Assembly: GCA_951406725.2 (NCBI GenBank)
Contig: OX597815.1
Coordinates: 186,992,001-187,056,000 of the forward strand
DNA length: 64,000 bases
Source of the DNA: Octopus vulgaris
Taxonomy: Eukaryota
Direction of reading: 5' to 3'
Of the stretch, positions 1 through 12,828 are shown in pieces (position 1 is the first letter of the stretch; every line of letters starts with the position of its first letter). A model generated the notes under the pieces. The model worked only from the letters and a program-made list of their open reading frames with translations, ran no database searches and was not told the DNA's origin. The position numbers were made by a program, and so were the translations under genes.

Positions 1-738
1 AAACAGGACAAGTAAACACAGAGAAACGACCCATCGTCAGTTGTCGACTGTCTATCTACTCCTCATTTCGAGCATTCACCGACAATATGAGTCTTCAAAG
101 ACAGTTGCTACCGTAAATTCTAAAATAAATTTAGGATTTATGAAAGGTCAAAGTTGGGAACAAACTAATGATAGTGGAGACATACAAAAAAACCGAACGG
201 AAAAAAACATGGTGGGTCGTTAGATCAGAAAGAGAGGGAAATAATGAACCCTGGAAGAAACATTCTTTTTGTGTTTTTTTTTTTTTTGAAGAGAGAAAAT
301 ATAGAAGAGAGAGAGAGAAACACGTCCGTTCTTTTAAAAGTCCGTGCAGGAAAATAAAAATGGTCACGTGAGGAAAAAAAGATGGACGATGGTCACGTGT
401 AAGCAACGAGAGAGAAAGAGAAAGTAGGAAGAGAGAGACAGATAGAAAACGGTGAATGGGAGGGGAGAAAAGGGGAATTAAAGAAGGTAGGAGGAAGAAA
501 ACAGTGTAGAACAGAGAGTCACATGTGCAATATGTTTGTGTATGCACAAACATATAAATAGTTAAAATTTACAGAAAAACAAAAGACAGGTGTATAAACA
601 ACAAGCAGGTGTATTAGTTTGGCGCTCGGGAAGGTGAGAAAGTCTTTTTACGTTTCGAGCCTATGCTCTTCAACAGAAAGAAAACGAGGAAATAAACAGA
701 GAGAGAATAAAAAAAACTTGCGCAGTTAGCGGTCAATG

Positions 739-740
<2 letters not shown>
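1..740 (-). mobile_element. Penelope-like pseudo-LTR / non-autonomous repeat containing a hammerhead-like motif
   Basis: Purine-rich repeat ending at a (TA)n tract; minus strand 681-643 reads tcttt-CTGTTGA-a-gagc-atag-gctc-GAAA-cg-TA-aaaaga. Confidence 0.5.
643..681 (-). ncRNA. minimal type I hammerhead ribozyme-like motif (CUGUUGA core variant)
   Basis: Stem I tcttt/aaaga with one bulged A, stem II gagc/gctc, GAAA, palindromic ACGT stem III, GUA triplet. Confidence 0.55.
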
Positions 741-743
<3 letters not shown>

Positions 744-790
<47 letters not shown>

Positions 791-835
791 TTTATTACAT
801 ATACATACATACATACATACATACACACACACACA
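744..835. repeat. (TA)n/(TACA)n/(CA)n microsatellite
   Basis: Direct reading. Confidence 0.95.
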
Positions 836-1666
836 ACTTTCGAGAATACAGGCCTATAAAGGAAATAAAGGCAAATGCCATACAGAAGGTTTCTGGTTTG
901 TGCAGAAGAAATGGCGTGTGTACCGTTTATCATAACCGTCGAATGAGAAAGACATAAAAAGCGAGAAATAGAAACAGAGATTAGTGTTGGGATTTGACGG
1001 TGCCAGCACGATTAGAACGGAAAATATCATTGCTGTGTGGGTGGAATAAAGAAAGTAAAGACTGTGTGCAATGATCCAACAAACGGAGATTACTGTAAGA
1101 CGATCGGAGTATTTTCCTATTTATAACACAATCTAGAATATTGCTCCCTGAGCAGCGTCATAAAATATCCTACGTTACGTGCTTTGACCGGTTTAATATT
1201 TCTCCAGTAAGTAGTGTTAAGTGTAAAATATCATTTTTCTAATACACGTTTTCATATTTTGCCAAGAAACTCTATTTGCAGCCAGTCAAATTAGGAAACT
1301 AATACATAAGAAGACTGTAGCGTGGTTAGCTCTAAAACTTGCAATCATCCAAGTGGTTTTCTTGGAAAGTGACAGACTTAGACCTTCAAATCAAGGATTT
1401 TTAAAATTTTAAAAGACTATTCTTATAATGATATTTGATATTCGAATATTTCTTTAGCGTAAGTATGTGTGTGTGTGTGCGGTTTCTTATAACTAGAATT
1501 TTTTTCCATAACTCAGAAGAATATTGTATTGGTCATGTGATTTTCGTCATGAAATCGCTTTAAAACTTCATAAAAGCAAATGTAATCACTTTTTGAATCG
1601 TAGATTCTGACAAGTCGAACAGATTAATTTTCAACTTAAAAGTGATTTACCACATACGCGCACGCT

Positions 1667-1670
<4 letters not shown>

Positions 1671-1716
<46 letters not shown>

Positions 1717-1782
1717 GTGTGTTGTGTGTGTGTGGTGTGTGTGTGTGTGTGTTGTGTGTTGTGTGTGTGTGTGTGTGTGTGT
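1671..1782. repeat. (TG)n microsatellite
   Basis: Direct reading. Confidence 0.95.
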
Positions 1783-1899
1783 GGAACGATGAGAATGAGT
1801 GCTCAACATCGCATTGGTAGACAGAGTTTCTTTATTTGTGTATTAAGGCTACCATTAATTTCATGTTATGAAAAAATATCTAAATATCTTAATTTTTCA

Positions 1900-2630
1900 A
1901 GCCGATCAAATGGAGGAATGGTGTTCGTCTCCATTTTGAATAAAAACACAAAGACACGAGAATTCGCCGAGATTCTCGTAAAGAAAGCAATAAATTTCTT
2001 GAAGCGAAAATAGAATAGGATGGTCTAAGAACGGCTCTGGGTGTCTAAGTGTCAATTCTGGAGAATTTAAGCCGAGGTCCTCTGACAGTTCCCGAGAGTT
2101 CTTTGCATGAAAGTGGTACGTGGTGGTGAGATATCTGTTCGAGACAAGCTCTACAGGCACAGAAGTGCCAACAGATGAACCTATCCGAGATGGCAAGAGA
2201 CCGACAAAACAGTCCTGCGTGTTCATGCATTACTGACTCGTGAGGCTGTGCCAATCAAATTACTGTTGCATGTAGGGCAATACGGATACCCGTTAAGACT
2301 TCAGAGATAATCGACACGTCAGCTTTCTCTGGTGACGAAGGGTGGCTAAGATTTCATCTATCATGTAGCTGTTGAACGATCTGAACGCAGGTAGTTTCCT
2401 CTGAGGTCAAGCTCTGATCAACTTTTCCAAGAACCAATTCAAGGGGGTAAGTGAGGATAAAGAAGTTGATGCTGTCTTCTAATGTTCGGCAAAAGGTGAG
2501 GGTGAGAAGGGTGAGAGGGGGATGGGACTGATAAGCCAGGCGAGGCTGAATGGGATTACCTGTTATGTGCTTTCTACGTAGGAGGAAAGAAATTGGGAGA
2601 GGGTGTTTTTGATGCTTCGGATGTGGCAAA
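1900..2630 (-). mobile_element. highly degenerate non-LTR retrotransposon (CR1/L2-like) ORF2 C-terminal remnant
   Basis: Broken frames give YHFHAKNSRELSE, SCKELSG..LKFSRI and HPILFSL..FLYEN, loosely resembling RT C-terminal motifs; GC higher than flanks. Confidence 0.35.
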
Positions 2631-2649
2631 GTAATTCAGACCCCTACTC

Positions 2650-2791
<142 letters not shown>

Positions 2792-3142
2792 AAATGTTAA
2801 GTGAAACAAAAGAAAGATAAAATTTATGCAAAATTTTCTACCATTTGACACATTTTCTGCTGAATTTTATAAAACTTTTCCTTGATTTTATTAATCTTCC
2901 CAACGTATTTGTTGTTATCCATATAATGGACGTCTTTTCATCAAACATCTAATAATGGATAATTCCATTAGGATTATAGGAAGAGAGAGCCAGAAAGTCT
3001 ACAGCGTTCGCAAAACAAACTTTTCTAGAATAAAACTTTTCCAAAACAAAAATATGAAATATTGGAAATGAAAATCTGGAATTATTGACTGCAACAGTAA
3101 ACATCAGGAAATTATGTTTAAAATTATATAAAATTATATTTA

Positions 3143-3490
3143 GGCAGAAGCGTGGCTGTGTGGTAAGAAGCTTGCTTCCTAACCACGTGGTTCCGGGTTC
3201 AGTCTCGCTGGGCAAGTGTCTGTAACTATAGCCTTGGGTCAGCCAAAGCCTTATGAGTGGATTTGGAAGACAGAAATTGAGAGAAGCCCATCATACGTAT
3301 GTATGTGTGTGTATGTATGTGTGTTTCTTTGAGTATGTGTTTGACAACCGATGTTGGTGCGTTTATGTCCCCTTAACTTAGTGGTTACATAAAAGAGACC
3401 AATAAAATAAGTTTTGATATCAATTTGTTCAACTTCAAGGCGGTGCCCCAGCATGGCCACGGTTTAATGACTACAAGTAAAAAGAATAAA
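3143..3490 (+). mobile_element. tRNA-derived SINE family A (older copy)
   Basis: Head tggctgtgtggtaag...ggttcagtc (pol III A/B box-like), central (TA/TG) tract, tail ccagcatggcc...caagtaaaaga; many copies in window. Confidence 0.85.
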
Positions 3491-3520
3491 ATAAACATTA
3501 TTGTTATTCTGAATCGAACT

Positions 3521-4097
3521 CATCATCATCGTTTAACGTCCACTTTCCATGCTGGTATGGGTTGGACGGCTTGACTGAGAACTGACAGGCTGGGAGGCTG
3601 TACCGGGCTCCAATCTGATCTGACAAGGTTTCTATAGTTGGATGCCCTTCCTGGCGCGAACTTCTCCGAGATTGTAGTGGGTGCTTTTACGTGCCATCGG
3701 CACAGGGACCAGTCAGGCAGCACTGGCATCGGCCACACCCAAATGGTGCATTTTACACACCACTAGCACGGGTGCCGGTCAGGCGGCACTGACATTGGCC
3801 GTGCTCGAATGGTGCATTTTATGTGCCACCAGCACAGGTGCCAATCAGGTGGCACTAGCATCAACCACGCTCGAATGGTGCTTCTTTACGTGCCACCAGC
3901 ATGGGTGCCAATCAGGCAGCAACACTGGCAGCATCCACAGTGGCACTGGGATTGGCAACACTCAAATGGTGCTTTTTACATGCCCCTGGCACAGATCCCA
4001 GTCAGGTGACACTGGCATCAGCCATGCTTGAATGGTGCATTTAACGTGCCACTTGCACGGGTGCCAGTCAGGCGGCACTGGCATCGGCCACACTCAA
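3521..4097 (-). mobile_element. family C repeat (RTE LINE 3' end) with about seven internal ~58-bp tandem units
   Basis: (CAT)n tail, ggatgcccttcct motif, repeated gtgcttttacgtgccaccggcac...ctcgaatg. Confidence 0.85.
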
Positions 4098-4907
4098 AAG
4101 CTGAACATTCGAAACACTAAGCCGTGAACCTTGGTTCTCAGCTGATAATATCAGGCCAACAGCAGCTTAAAAAAAAACAGTTTTTCCTATGAGCTTTTAC
4201 AGATAATTTCTCTGCGTTACAAGCATACTAGAAGAAATAATGTGTTGTAATGGAAAAGCATTCAAACAAAAGATTTTTTAGCCACATAGTAACATATATT
4301 AAATACAGTCTAACTTTGTGTCAACATAATGTGATAATGTGTTTCATTAAATTTTTATTACCCTCTCACAAACACCCACTTAAAAGATGAAAGCCAACAT
4401 TGAACCACGTTTTCTAAGTGAATCTTCTCAGTTTTATCCTCTAGACTGCACTGAATTCCAATCTGAATATTTTATTGATGAAGTAAATAAGAAATTTTCT
4501 TTTATTCTCTATTTCAAATCGATATATAAATGTATATGAAATTTACATCAGAATTATCACTTCAGACTATTGAGACACAGTGTGAAAGGTTTTTAAGCAA
4601 CAAAACAATAAGGATATTATTCTGAATGAACGCAGATATATATATATATAATCTTATTTTTCTCAATCTCATATTGTCGAACGTTTTATTGTGAGTCAAT
4701 GAAAAATCTAACAGTCACATAAAAACTAATTCAATGTAGAAACTGTCGAAATATTTCAAGGAAATCATTTTATTTGTACGACCAAAACAAAGAGACTGAA
4801 GACTAAATGTGGATATTTTGGAAAAGGAAAATTTGCTTATGAAATATCAAATAATTTCAAACAGGAATATATTTCAGTGTTGTCCTGTTTAGGTTCAGTT
4901 TGTTGTT

Positions 4908-5084
4908 ATGAAAATGGATTACAACCATGATAAAACGTTTTTAGAGATTACATCTGGTTTGAGTACAACTTTGCTTAGCTTCGTATCTGGTTTAATTTTG
5001 AGCTGTATTATAATAGAAAAATTATTTTGGTCGAATGAACAAGTTCCTGAAAAGATTACCTTTTCAAGAATTTATTCATGGTGA
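4908..5084 (+). CDS. candidate 58-aa ORF/exon with one hydrophobic segment
   Basis: MKMDYNHDKTFLEITSGLSTTLLSFVSGLILSCIIIEKLFWSNEQVPEKITFSRIYSW*; acceptor-like tgtttag at 4892, donor aag|gtaagt at 5160/5161; non-repetitive DNA. Confidence 0.2.
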   Translation: MKMDYNHDKTFLEITSGLSTTLLSFVSGLILSCIIIEKLFWSNEQVPEKITFSRIYSW

Positions 5085-5198
5085 ATGCAATTGGAAAACA
5101 TTCCGGACAGACTCATAATCTACAGGGACACAGAGAGTATCTCTGAACAATATATTTAAGGTAAGTCAGCTTATTGGAACCTGACTCTCTCCAAGATC

Positions 5199-5470
5199 AA
5201 CGTCCGCTTTCCATGCTAGCATGGGTTGGACGATTTGACTGCGGACTCGCGAACCGGATGGCTGCACCAGGCTCCAATCTGATCTGGCAGAGTTTCTACA
5301 GCTTGATGCCCTTCCTAATGCCAACCACTCCGAGAGTGTAGTGGGTGCTTTTGTGCCACCGGCACGAGGGCCAGTCAGGCGGTACTGGCAACGGCCACGC
5401 TCAAATGGTGTTTTTTTACATTCCACTTGCACAGGAGCCAGTCCAGCGGCACTGGCAACGACCTCGCTCG
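5199..5470 (-). mobile_element. family C repeat (RTE 3' end)
   Basis: Matches the other C copies. Confidence 0.85.
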
Positions 5471-5532
5471 AATATATTCACAAAATGATTTCAACCCACA
5501 ACCCCAACAAGGTGACAACATGCTCATCACTT

Positions 5533-5752
5533 TTAACACTTTAACATTTAAACTGGCCATATCTAGCCAAATATTCTACCTATGTTATGTTCAAACTGAC
5601 CTAATCCAACCTCTCACACCTATCCTACAATGTCATTTTAAAAGTAATATTCACATAATCCAGATCTCAAAGCTATGAGATAATGTAAGATTAATTTTTA
5701 AAAATGCAAATTAATAAGCTTTATCATTTGACAAAGAAATGCTAAAGGTTAA
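5533..5752. mobile_element. TTAA-flanked MITE (piggyBac-like), degenerate
   Basis: Similar to 36937-37156; TTAA at both ends. Confidence 0.65.
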
Positions 5753-5849
5753 AGGATTAACAGAACTGTGGTGGGGTTTTATAATGTTGTACCTATTTAT
5801 AGGTAAGGAAACAGAGGGGGTTAAGAATTTTGGTCTCATAGATGCAGGT

Positions 5850-5970
5850 ATTGTTGTGTAGTTCAGAAGCTTACTTCCCAACCACATAGTTTCAGGTTTT
5901 CTACAATACCCAAGGGCCGACCAAAGCTTTGTCACTAGAATTGTTTGACACAAACTGAAACAGGCCTATC
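5850..5970 (+). mobile_element. SINE A 5' fragment
   Basis: agaagcttacttcccaaccacat...gaccaaagc. Confidence 0.6.
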
Positions 5971-6090
<120 letters not shown>

Positions 6091-6097
6091 GCAAACA

Positions 6098-6520
6098 GGG
6101 CGGCGAGCTGGCAGAAACGTTAGCGCGCCGGGCGAAATGCTTAGCGGTATTTCGTCTGTCGTTACGTTCTGAGTTCAAATTCCGCCAAGGTCGACTTTGC
6201 CTTTCATCCTTTCGGGGTCGATAAATTAAGTACCAGTTACGCACTGGGGTCGATGTAATCGACTTAATACCTATGTCTGTCCTTGTTTTTCCCCTCTGTG
6301 TTTAGCCCCTTGTGGGTAATAAAGAAATAGAAATAGGTATTTCGTCTGTCGTTACGTTCTGAGTTCAAATTCCGCCGAGGTCGACTTTGCTTTTCATCCT
6401 TTCGGGGTTGATAAATAAAGTACCAGTTTCGCACTGGGGATTGATATAATCGACTTAATCCCTTTGTCTGTCCTTGTTTGTCCCCTCTGTGTTTAGCCCC
6501 TTGTGGGTAGTAAAGAAATA
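6098..6520 (+). mobile_element. SINE family B, head plus two bodies (dimer)
   Basis: ggcggcgagctggcagaa head, gagttcaaattcc B-box, gcctttcatcctttcggggtcgataaa core; body repeats from ggtatttcgtctg. Confidence 0.9.
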
Positions 6521-6744
6521 TATATATACATACATGCAAAGATATATACATTGTGTGTGTGCATGCATGGATGTGTGAGTATTTATATGCAACAAAACCA
6601 CTATAACAAATACGGTTAGCACTAAAAATATATTAAAAAAAGCAATGAAATCCCTATGAATTGATTAGAAACAAACTATTGAAATGATAAAAACAAAGTA
6701 CTAAAAGTTCGCAACAAAACAGAAATAAAAACCATAACTCTCTC

Positions 6745-7120
6745 ACTTCTTTCAGTCATTTGACTGCGGCCATGCTGGAGCACCGCCTTTGGTCGAGCAA
6801 ATCGACCCCCGGGACTTATTCTTTGTAAGCCTAGTACTTATTCTATAGGTCACTTTTTGCCGAACCGCTAAGTTACGGGGACGTAAACACACCACCATCG
6901 GTTGTCAAGCGATGTTGGGGTGACAAACACAGACACACAAACACACACATATACATATATACGACGGGCTTCTTTCAGTTTCCGTCTACCAAATCCACTC
7001 ACAAGGCTTTGGTCGGCCCGAGGCTATAGTAGAAGACACTTGCCCAAGGTGCCGCGCAGTTGGACTGAACCCGGAACCATGTGGTTGGTAAGCAAGCTAC
7101 TTACCACACAGCCACTCCTG
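6745..7120 (-). mobile_element. SINE family A
   Basis: Full-length match to other A copies. Confidence 0.9.
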
Positions 7121-7509
7121 TAATAGTTCAAAGCAAAATCATGAACTTCCTATCAGCAGCAGCCAATTGAAAAACTTTTGTCTTTGTGTGTGTTTGTGTG
7201 CGTGTGTTCATATTTTCCTTTTCCTCATCTTCACATCTCTTTGCTCACTGGTTTTTAAACAATGGCCTTGCTGATGGTGTTGTCTGTTTTCTGTCCACCA
7301 CAGAAGCATGTCCAGTCTTCCTGACATGTCTTGACATGTTGGGCAATTGTAGCTCTCTGCAAAATATGTCCAGGTGATTTGTGGCTCAAGAGACCAGGAA
7401 ATTATTACCTAACTTGGAAACAAGTGGTGGGGAAACAAAACAGGAAGAGCAACCAGCCATAGAAACTCTGCTCCAGCAGATTTTTGTAACATGGGAGATG
7501 ACTATATTA

Positions 7510-7715
7510 ATACTGGTTTCAATTTTTGCCACAAGACCAGTAATTTTGAGGAGGGATTAAGTTGATTACATCAACCCACAGTGCTGGTACTTATTTTGAC
7601 AACCCCAGAAGAATGAAAAGCAAAGTTGACTCTAGCAAGATTTGAACACAGAAAGTAATTTCAGACAAAATGCTGCTAAGAATTTTGCTCAGCATCATTG
7701 CTATTCTGCCAGCTC
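7510..7715 (-). mobile_element. SINE family B (old copy)
   Basis: Degenerate core gaatgaaaagcaaagttgac. Confidence 0.7.
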
Positions 7716-7764
7716 GAATATTATATTAATATAATTAATATAATAGTCTAATTATATTGATATA

Positions 7765-8373
7765 AAAGCACTGGTGCCACATAAAAGCACCCGTCACACT
7801 CTGTAAAGTGGGTGGCATTAGGAAGAGCATCCAGTCATAGAAACCATGCCAAATTAGACAGGAGTCAGCAAGCTGGCAGAAACGTTAGCATGCCGGGTGA
7901 AATGCTTAGAGGTATTTCATCTGTCGCTAGGTTCTGAGTTCAAATTCCGCCGAGGTCGACTTTGCCTTTCATCCTTTCGGGGTCGATAAATTAAGTACCA
8001 GTTACGCACAGGGGTCGATGTAATTGACTTAATCCGTTTGTCTGTCCTTGTTTGTCCCCTCTGTGTTTAGCCCCTTGTGCGTAGTAAAGAAATAGGTATT
8101 TTATCTGCTGTTACATTCTGAGTTCAAATTCCACCGTGATTAAGTAAGTACCAGTTGTGCACTGGGGTCGATGTAATCGACTTAATCCCTTTGTCTGTCC
8201 TTGTTTGTCCCCTCTATGTTTAGCCCCATGTGGGCAATAAAGAAATTTTTTTTAAATCAGACTGGAGTCTGGTGCAGCTCCCCAGCTTGCCAGCTCTGGT
8301 CAAGCCATCCAACCCATGCCAGCATGGACAACAGACATTAATTGATGACGATGATGATGATGATGATGATGAT
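7765..8373 (+). mobile_element. family C repeat interrupted by a SINE B trimer (7867-8245)
   Basis: Target duplication aaattagacaggagtc (7851-7866) / aaatcagactggagtc (8254-8269); (GAT)n tail. Confidence 0.85.
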
Positions 8374-8395
8374 GGTATTACTAAAGAAATAAACA

Positions 8396-8597
8396 TTAGT
8401 TAGTTAGTTAGTTAGTTAGTTAATTTGGCTCAAAAGCAAATAGCAAGGCCATGTAGGGGGACATGGAGTTAAGTACAGGGTGGTGTTCATGTAAAGAGTT
8501 CAGGCCACTTGAGGTCCAGGGAGGCTTTGAACAAAGCAGTCGTCGGCATCTTCACCATCTCGTCTGGCAGCTTGTTCCACGGATCCGCAACCCGAGA
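8396..8597 (-). mobile_element. CR1/L2-type LINE 3' end
   Basis: Minus strand encodes RVADPWNKLPDEMVKMPTTALFKASLDLKWPELFT* followed by a (TAAC)n tail. Confidence 0.8.
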
Positions 8598-8669
8598 CCA
8601 CAGAAAACCTAATTAATTGTTTTAAGCTGTCACTGTTATGACTTTAAAACCTTTTTTGAAATTTAGTTG

Positions 8670-8958
8670 AACTTGCATGGCTCAATGGTTAAAGGTATTC
8701 TGCTCATGATCATAAGGTCATGTGTTCCATTCCCAGTGATGCACTGGCATTTTATTTTATGTTGCTCCACTCCACTCAGCTGGCAAAAATGGGTTGTACC
8801 TTTAATTCAAAATGCCAGCCTTGTTCCATTCTGTGTCACACTGAATCTCCCTGAGAACTACATTAAGGGTACATGTACCTGCTCAGCCACTTGCACATTT
8901 ATTTCAGGTTGTTCTGTTCATCACATCAACTGAACACTCATCGTTGAAACCAATGGAG
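8670..8958 (+). mobile_element. tRNA-derived SINE family D-like (old)
   Basis: gcatggctcaatggttaa head; gttgctccactccactcagctggcaaaaatggg shared with the 61831 copy. Confidence 0.65.
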
Positions 8959-9034
8959 AACAAGGACAGACAAAAAAAAGGGTGAGGGGAATTCAGTTTA
9001 TCCTTCAAATTTCAAGTGTCAAAACAATCTATAA

Positions 9035-9364
9035 AGGGTAAAGACCCCCTTCGGTCATGAATGACCATGGGATTGCACCTAGAAAGTTACCCTCCTAGAC
9101 ACAAGTCCGGGCAATGTTGTTTATGGAAGACCAGCAGTCGCCCATGCATACCAGCCTCCCCTCTCCACGCCACCAGTGTTGGCAAAAGCCGATACAGCTT
9201 GGCACCAGTGACGTCGCAACTCATTTCTACAGCTGAGTGAACTGGAGCAACGTGAAATAAAGTGCCTTGCTCAAGAACACAACACGCATCCCGGTCCGGG
9301 ATTTGAGCTAACAACCTCACGATCGTAAGCTCGACGCTCTAACCACTGAGCCATGCGCCTTCAC
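9035..9364 (-). mobile_element. tRNA-derived SINE family D-like
   Basis: Minus head ggcgcatggctcagtggttagagcgtcg; short flanking duplication aaaa(c/a)aatcta. Confidence 0.85.
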
Positions 9365-9681
9365 AAAAAAATCTAAATCAGCCCCATAATGAGGTAAATA
9401 TAATCGACAAAGTCCCCTCTTATGACAAAAGAAAACAAAACTTAATACTATTCAAAAAATGCAATCAGATTAAATCTTTGATTATTTAGCATTATTTAAA
9501 AGAAAAGAGTATTTAATATTATTTAAACATTACTTTTTATGCTCAGTTTAGCAAAGGAATCTAAGTTCAATTCTTAGATTGATCTCTTCATAGCTACTGG
9601 GAACAAACACAACATTTATTGCGTTGCTAAGATAAAATACAAGTAGAGTATGGTTTACAAAATTAAACCATTTAAACTCAC

Positions 9682-9709
9682 CTGCAAAGGTTGTTTCAAG
9701 TGTCAGGAT
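9682..9709 (-). CDS. candidate 28-nt micro-exon (ILTLETTFA in phase 0)
   Basis: Minus strand tttatttatag|atcctgacacttgaaacaacctttgcag|gtgagt: good acceptor and consensus donor in unique DNA. Confidence 0.25.
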
Positions 9710-10589
9710 CTATAAATAAAGTACTTGACATCATATTAATTATTAATTACTGCACCAGGTACAGATTAATTGGCATCAAATTTCAACTGAATGAGTGTAA
9801 CAGAGGTAAGGATTTTTCAGACATTATCTCTTTCTAGTGTCGCATGTAAATTTTTCTTTTCTCCTTTTCCTCATTCAATTGAGCTGCTGCTGTATTTCTG
9901 ATTAGAATTTCTCTTGGAGCCACATTACACAGATGACATAACCAGAAACAAATTAAATGTAATAGTTTGGCTGATTTCCTCTGAAACGTTTAACTAACTG
10001 AACTGTGCAGTTATTTGAATAGACACAGCATTGGCTGACATTTACAAGATATTCCATTGACTGTATCCATTGGATTATGAATCAGAGTACCATTCTCAGT
10101 GCCAGCATTAATATTGATAGGAAATTGTTGTACAAATATAATTCAATGCTTAATCATTTTCAGTAATTCATTCCATTTCTATGGCAACTAAAATATAAAG
10201 AAAATATTTCAAGATGATTCCATGCTTGACTCATGGCAATTCACAGAACAGATTGTCTCTTCACAAGAAAATTCATCCAATGGTGGTGTTGATGTATTTG
10301 ATAAATTATGAAATAATATGCTAACTCTTAACGGCTTAATTAGCATGTTTTTAATATGTTAAAGCTAATTAAATCATGTAGAATCAAATAATGAGATGGA
10401 ACCATAGTTGGTTGAGTTGATCTGTGTAATCTAATGAATCTAGAATTGAAAAATATTAAAATGAAATGCTATTATAAAAGAGACAAGTGACAAGGATAGC
10501 ATAACTGACTGATATAATATTCAGTACATGACTTGGTAAATACTAAGCTAATAAGAAAGTTACACACATGGCCTGGTTAAATTGTACGA

Positions 10590-10905
10590 TGGAGCACTGC
10601 CTTTTAGTTGAGCAAATCGACCCCAAGACTTATTCTTTGTAAGCCTAGTACTTACTCTATAGGATTATTTTGCCGAACCGCTAAGTTACAGGGACATAAA
10701 CACGCCAGCATCAGTTGTCAAGCAATGTTGGGGCGACAAACACAGACACACAAACATATATATATACATATATATATATACACACAATGGGCTTCTTTCA
10801 GTTTCCATCTACCAAATCCACTCACAAGGCTTTGGTCAGCCCAAGGCTATAGTAGAAGACACTTGCCCAAGGTGCCATGCAGTGTGACTGACCCTTGAAC
10901 CATGT
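10590..10905 (-). mobile_element. SINE family A (truncated)
   Basis: Match to other A copies. Confidence 0.85.
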
Positions 10906-11029
10906 GTTTTTTGTGGGGTCAAGGGGCAGCAAATGGAAGGGCCACCCCAAGTGGCACACACTCTAGCCACGCTAGTGGATACAGGTTATTTTAAGTATCA
11001 GTATTTATCAATACACTCTTGAATATAAC

Positions 11030-11635
11030 ATTTGTTTCAAATTTTAGTAGAAGACCAGGGGAAGGATAAACTGATTATATTGACCCCAATGCTCAACTGG
11101 TACTTATTTTATGAACCCTGAAAGGATCAAAGGAAGTATCATCTCTGGTGGGATTTGAACTCAGAACATAAAGACAAGCAAAATTCCGCCAAGCATTTTG
11201 CCAGTTCACCACCTTAGCATTTAATATCAAAACGGTTTCAAATTTGAGCACAAGGCCAGCAAGTTCAGTGGAGGAAGGAAGCTGATTATAATAGCCCCAG
11301 TGCTCAAGTGGTCCTTATGCTGAAAGGATGAAAGGCAAAGTCAACCTCAACAGAATTTGGACTGAGAACATAAAGACACACAAAATGCCGCTAAACATTC
11401 TCCCTGGTGCTCTAATCATTCTTTTCTACTCTAGGCACGAGGCCTGAAATTTAGGAGGAGGAGACCAGTCAATTAGATCAACCCCAGTACACAACTGGTA
11501 CTTAATTTATCGACCCCGAAAGGATGAAAGGCAAAGTAGACCTCAGTGGAATTTGAACTCAGAGCGTAAAGACAGACAAAATACCACAAAGCATTTCAGC
11601 CAGTGTGCTAACGATTCTGCCAGCTCACCATCTTA
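11030..11635 (-). mobile_element. three adjacent SINE B copies
   Basis: Repeated aaggatgaaaggcaaag...gaatttgaactcag. Confidence 0.8.
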
Positions 11636-11649
11636 GCATTTAATATTAT

Positions 11650-12188
11650 GTTGTTGTTTGTTCCTTCTCGAAACATGCCTGGCTCATAAGGGCCAATTTC
11701 CCAGTTTCATTGGCATATAAGTACCCCACCTGAACAGTATGCCGATCCGTCGTGGGTGAGCAGTTAGATGCAGGAGGAAAGAGTGAGAGAATGTTGTGGT
11801 GAAAGAGTCAGCAGAAGTTTGCCATTACCTTCTGCCAGAGCCACGGGGAGCTTAGGTGTTTCACTCATAAATACAAACATCGCCCGGTCTGAGATTCGAA
11901 CCCGCGATCCCTCGACCGTGAGGCCGCTGCTCTAACCACTAGACAATGTGCCTCCACGTGGCGCAACGGTTATATGAATATTGGTACTGTGGTTATATGA
12001 ATATTGTCTAATGCAGGGAAACTAAATTATTACTAATACAGCACAAGCACACATTTCATCATGCTCTCTCGCCACGGGGAGCTTAGGTGTTTCACTCATA
12101 AATACACACATCACCCGGTCTGAGATTCGAACCCACAATCTCTTGACTGCATGTCCACTGCTCTAGCCACTAGCACATGTGCCTCTAC
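11650..12188 (-). mobile_element. tRNA-derived SINE (11650-11957) plus a partial second copy (12070-12188)
   Basis: Minus head ggaggcacattgtctagtggttagagcagcgg...ggttcgaatctc (A and B boxes). Confidence 0.85.
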
Positions 12189-12828
12189 TATTTAACATTA
12201 TATTAATGTTTAATTACCACACTGAATACAGGTGGAAGTGATTATCCAGCAGAAATCTCCCACACAGTGCATCTGAAGCTTGGATCCATCACTAACTCCT
12301 GAGCAGGTTGCCCTAATCTGTAGGACCCAATAGCAACACCAGAAATTTCCCTGTGGGCTACTTAGAGCAATTAAAATAATATTTATCAGCAACCCATGAG
12401 TTTTAGATGTCCTGCGAATGTTAATAACTCCACTTTCTATGAGTTGACTAAAGTATAAACTTTAAAAAGAGAAAAAGAAAAAGAAAGACATTGAAAATAA
12501 ATATATAAACATAACAGAGATAATATCTTTTTTTTTTTCTCACACAAGAAAATTTACAGTTTCATTTCTACTGTAGTAAACTGGAAATTGAGCAAAACAA
12601 TTCTATATTTCTACTAAACCTTGCATGAGTAATTAAAACACTTTCCTTTGCTTCTTTTGTCTCTAATCAACTTTCTAGCTAATTATAATAGATTAGGGAA
12701 ACACCGAATAGTTCAAATTAAGAGTATTGTAAATTCCTTAATCTTCTAATATAAGATATGTGTTTATGTATATGTATATATAATCGTTTAACGTCTATAT
12801 ATATATATATATATATACATATATATAT

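Noticed and set aside
11890-11957. tRNA gene-like sequences (also 9290-9364, 17522-17582, 61831-61900)
   Set aside because: They are SINE heads continuing into repeat bodies and lack a complete cloverleaf acceptor stem.
12210-12392. 60-aa Cys-rich ORF with a hydrophobic N-terminus (toxin-like)
   Set aside because: It starts at TTG, the nearby ATG is out of frame, there is no recognised Cys framework and no splice support.
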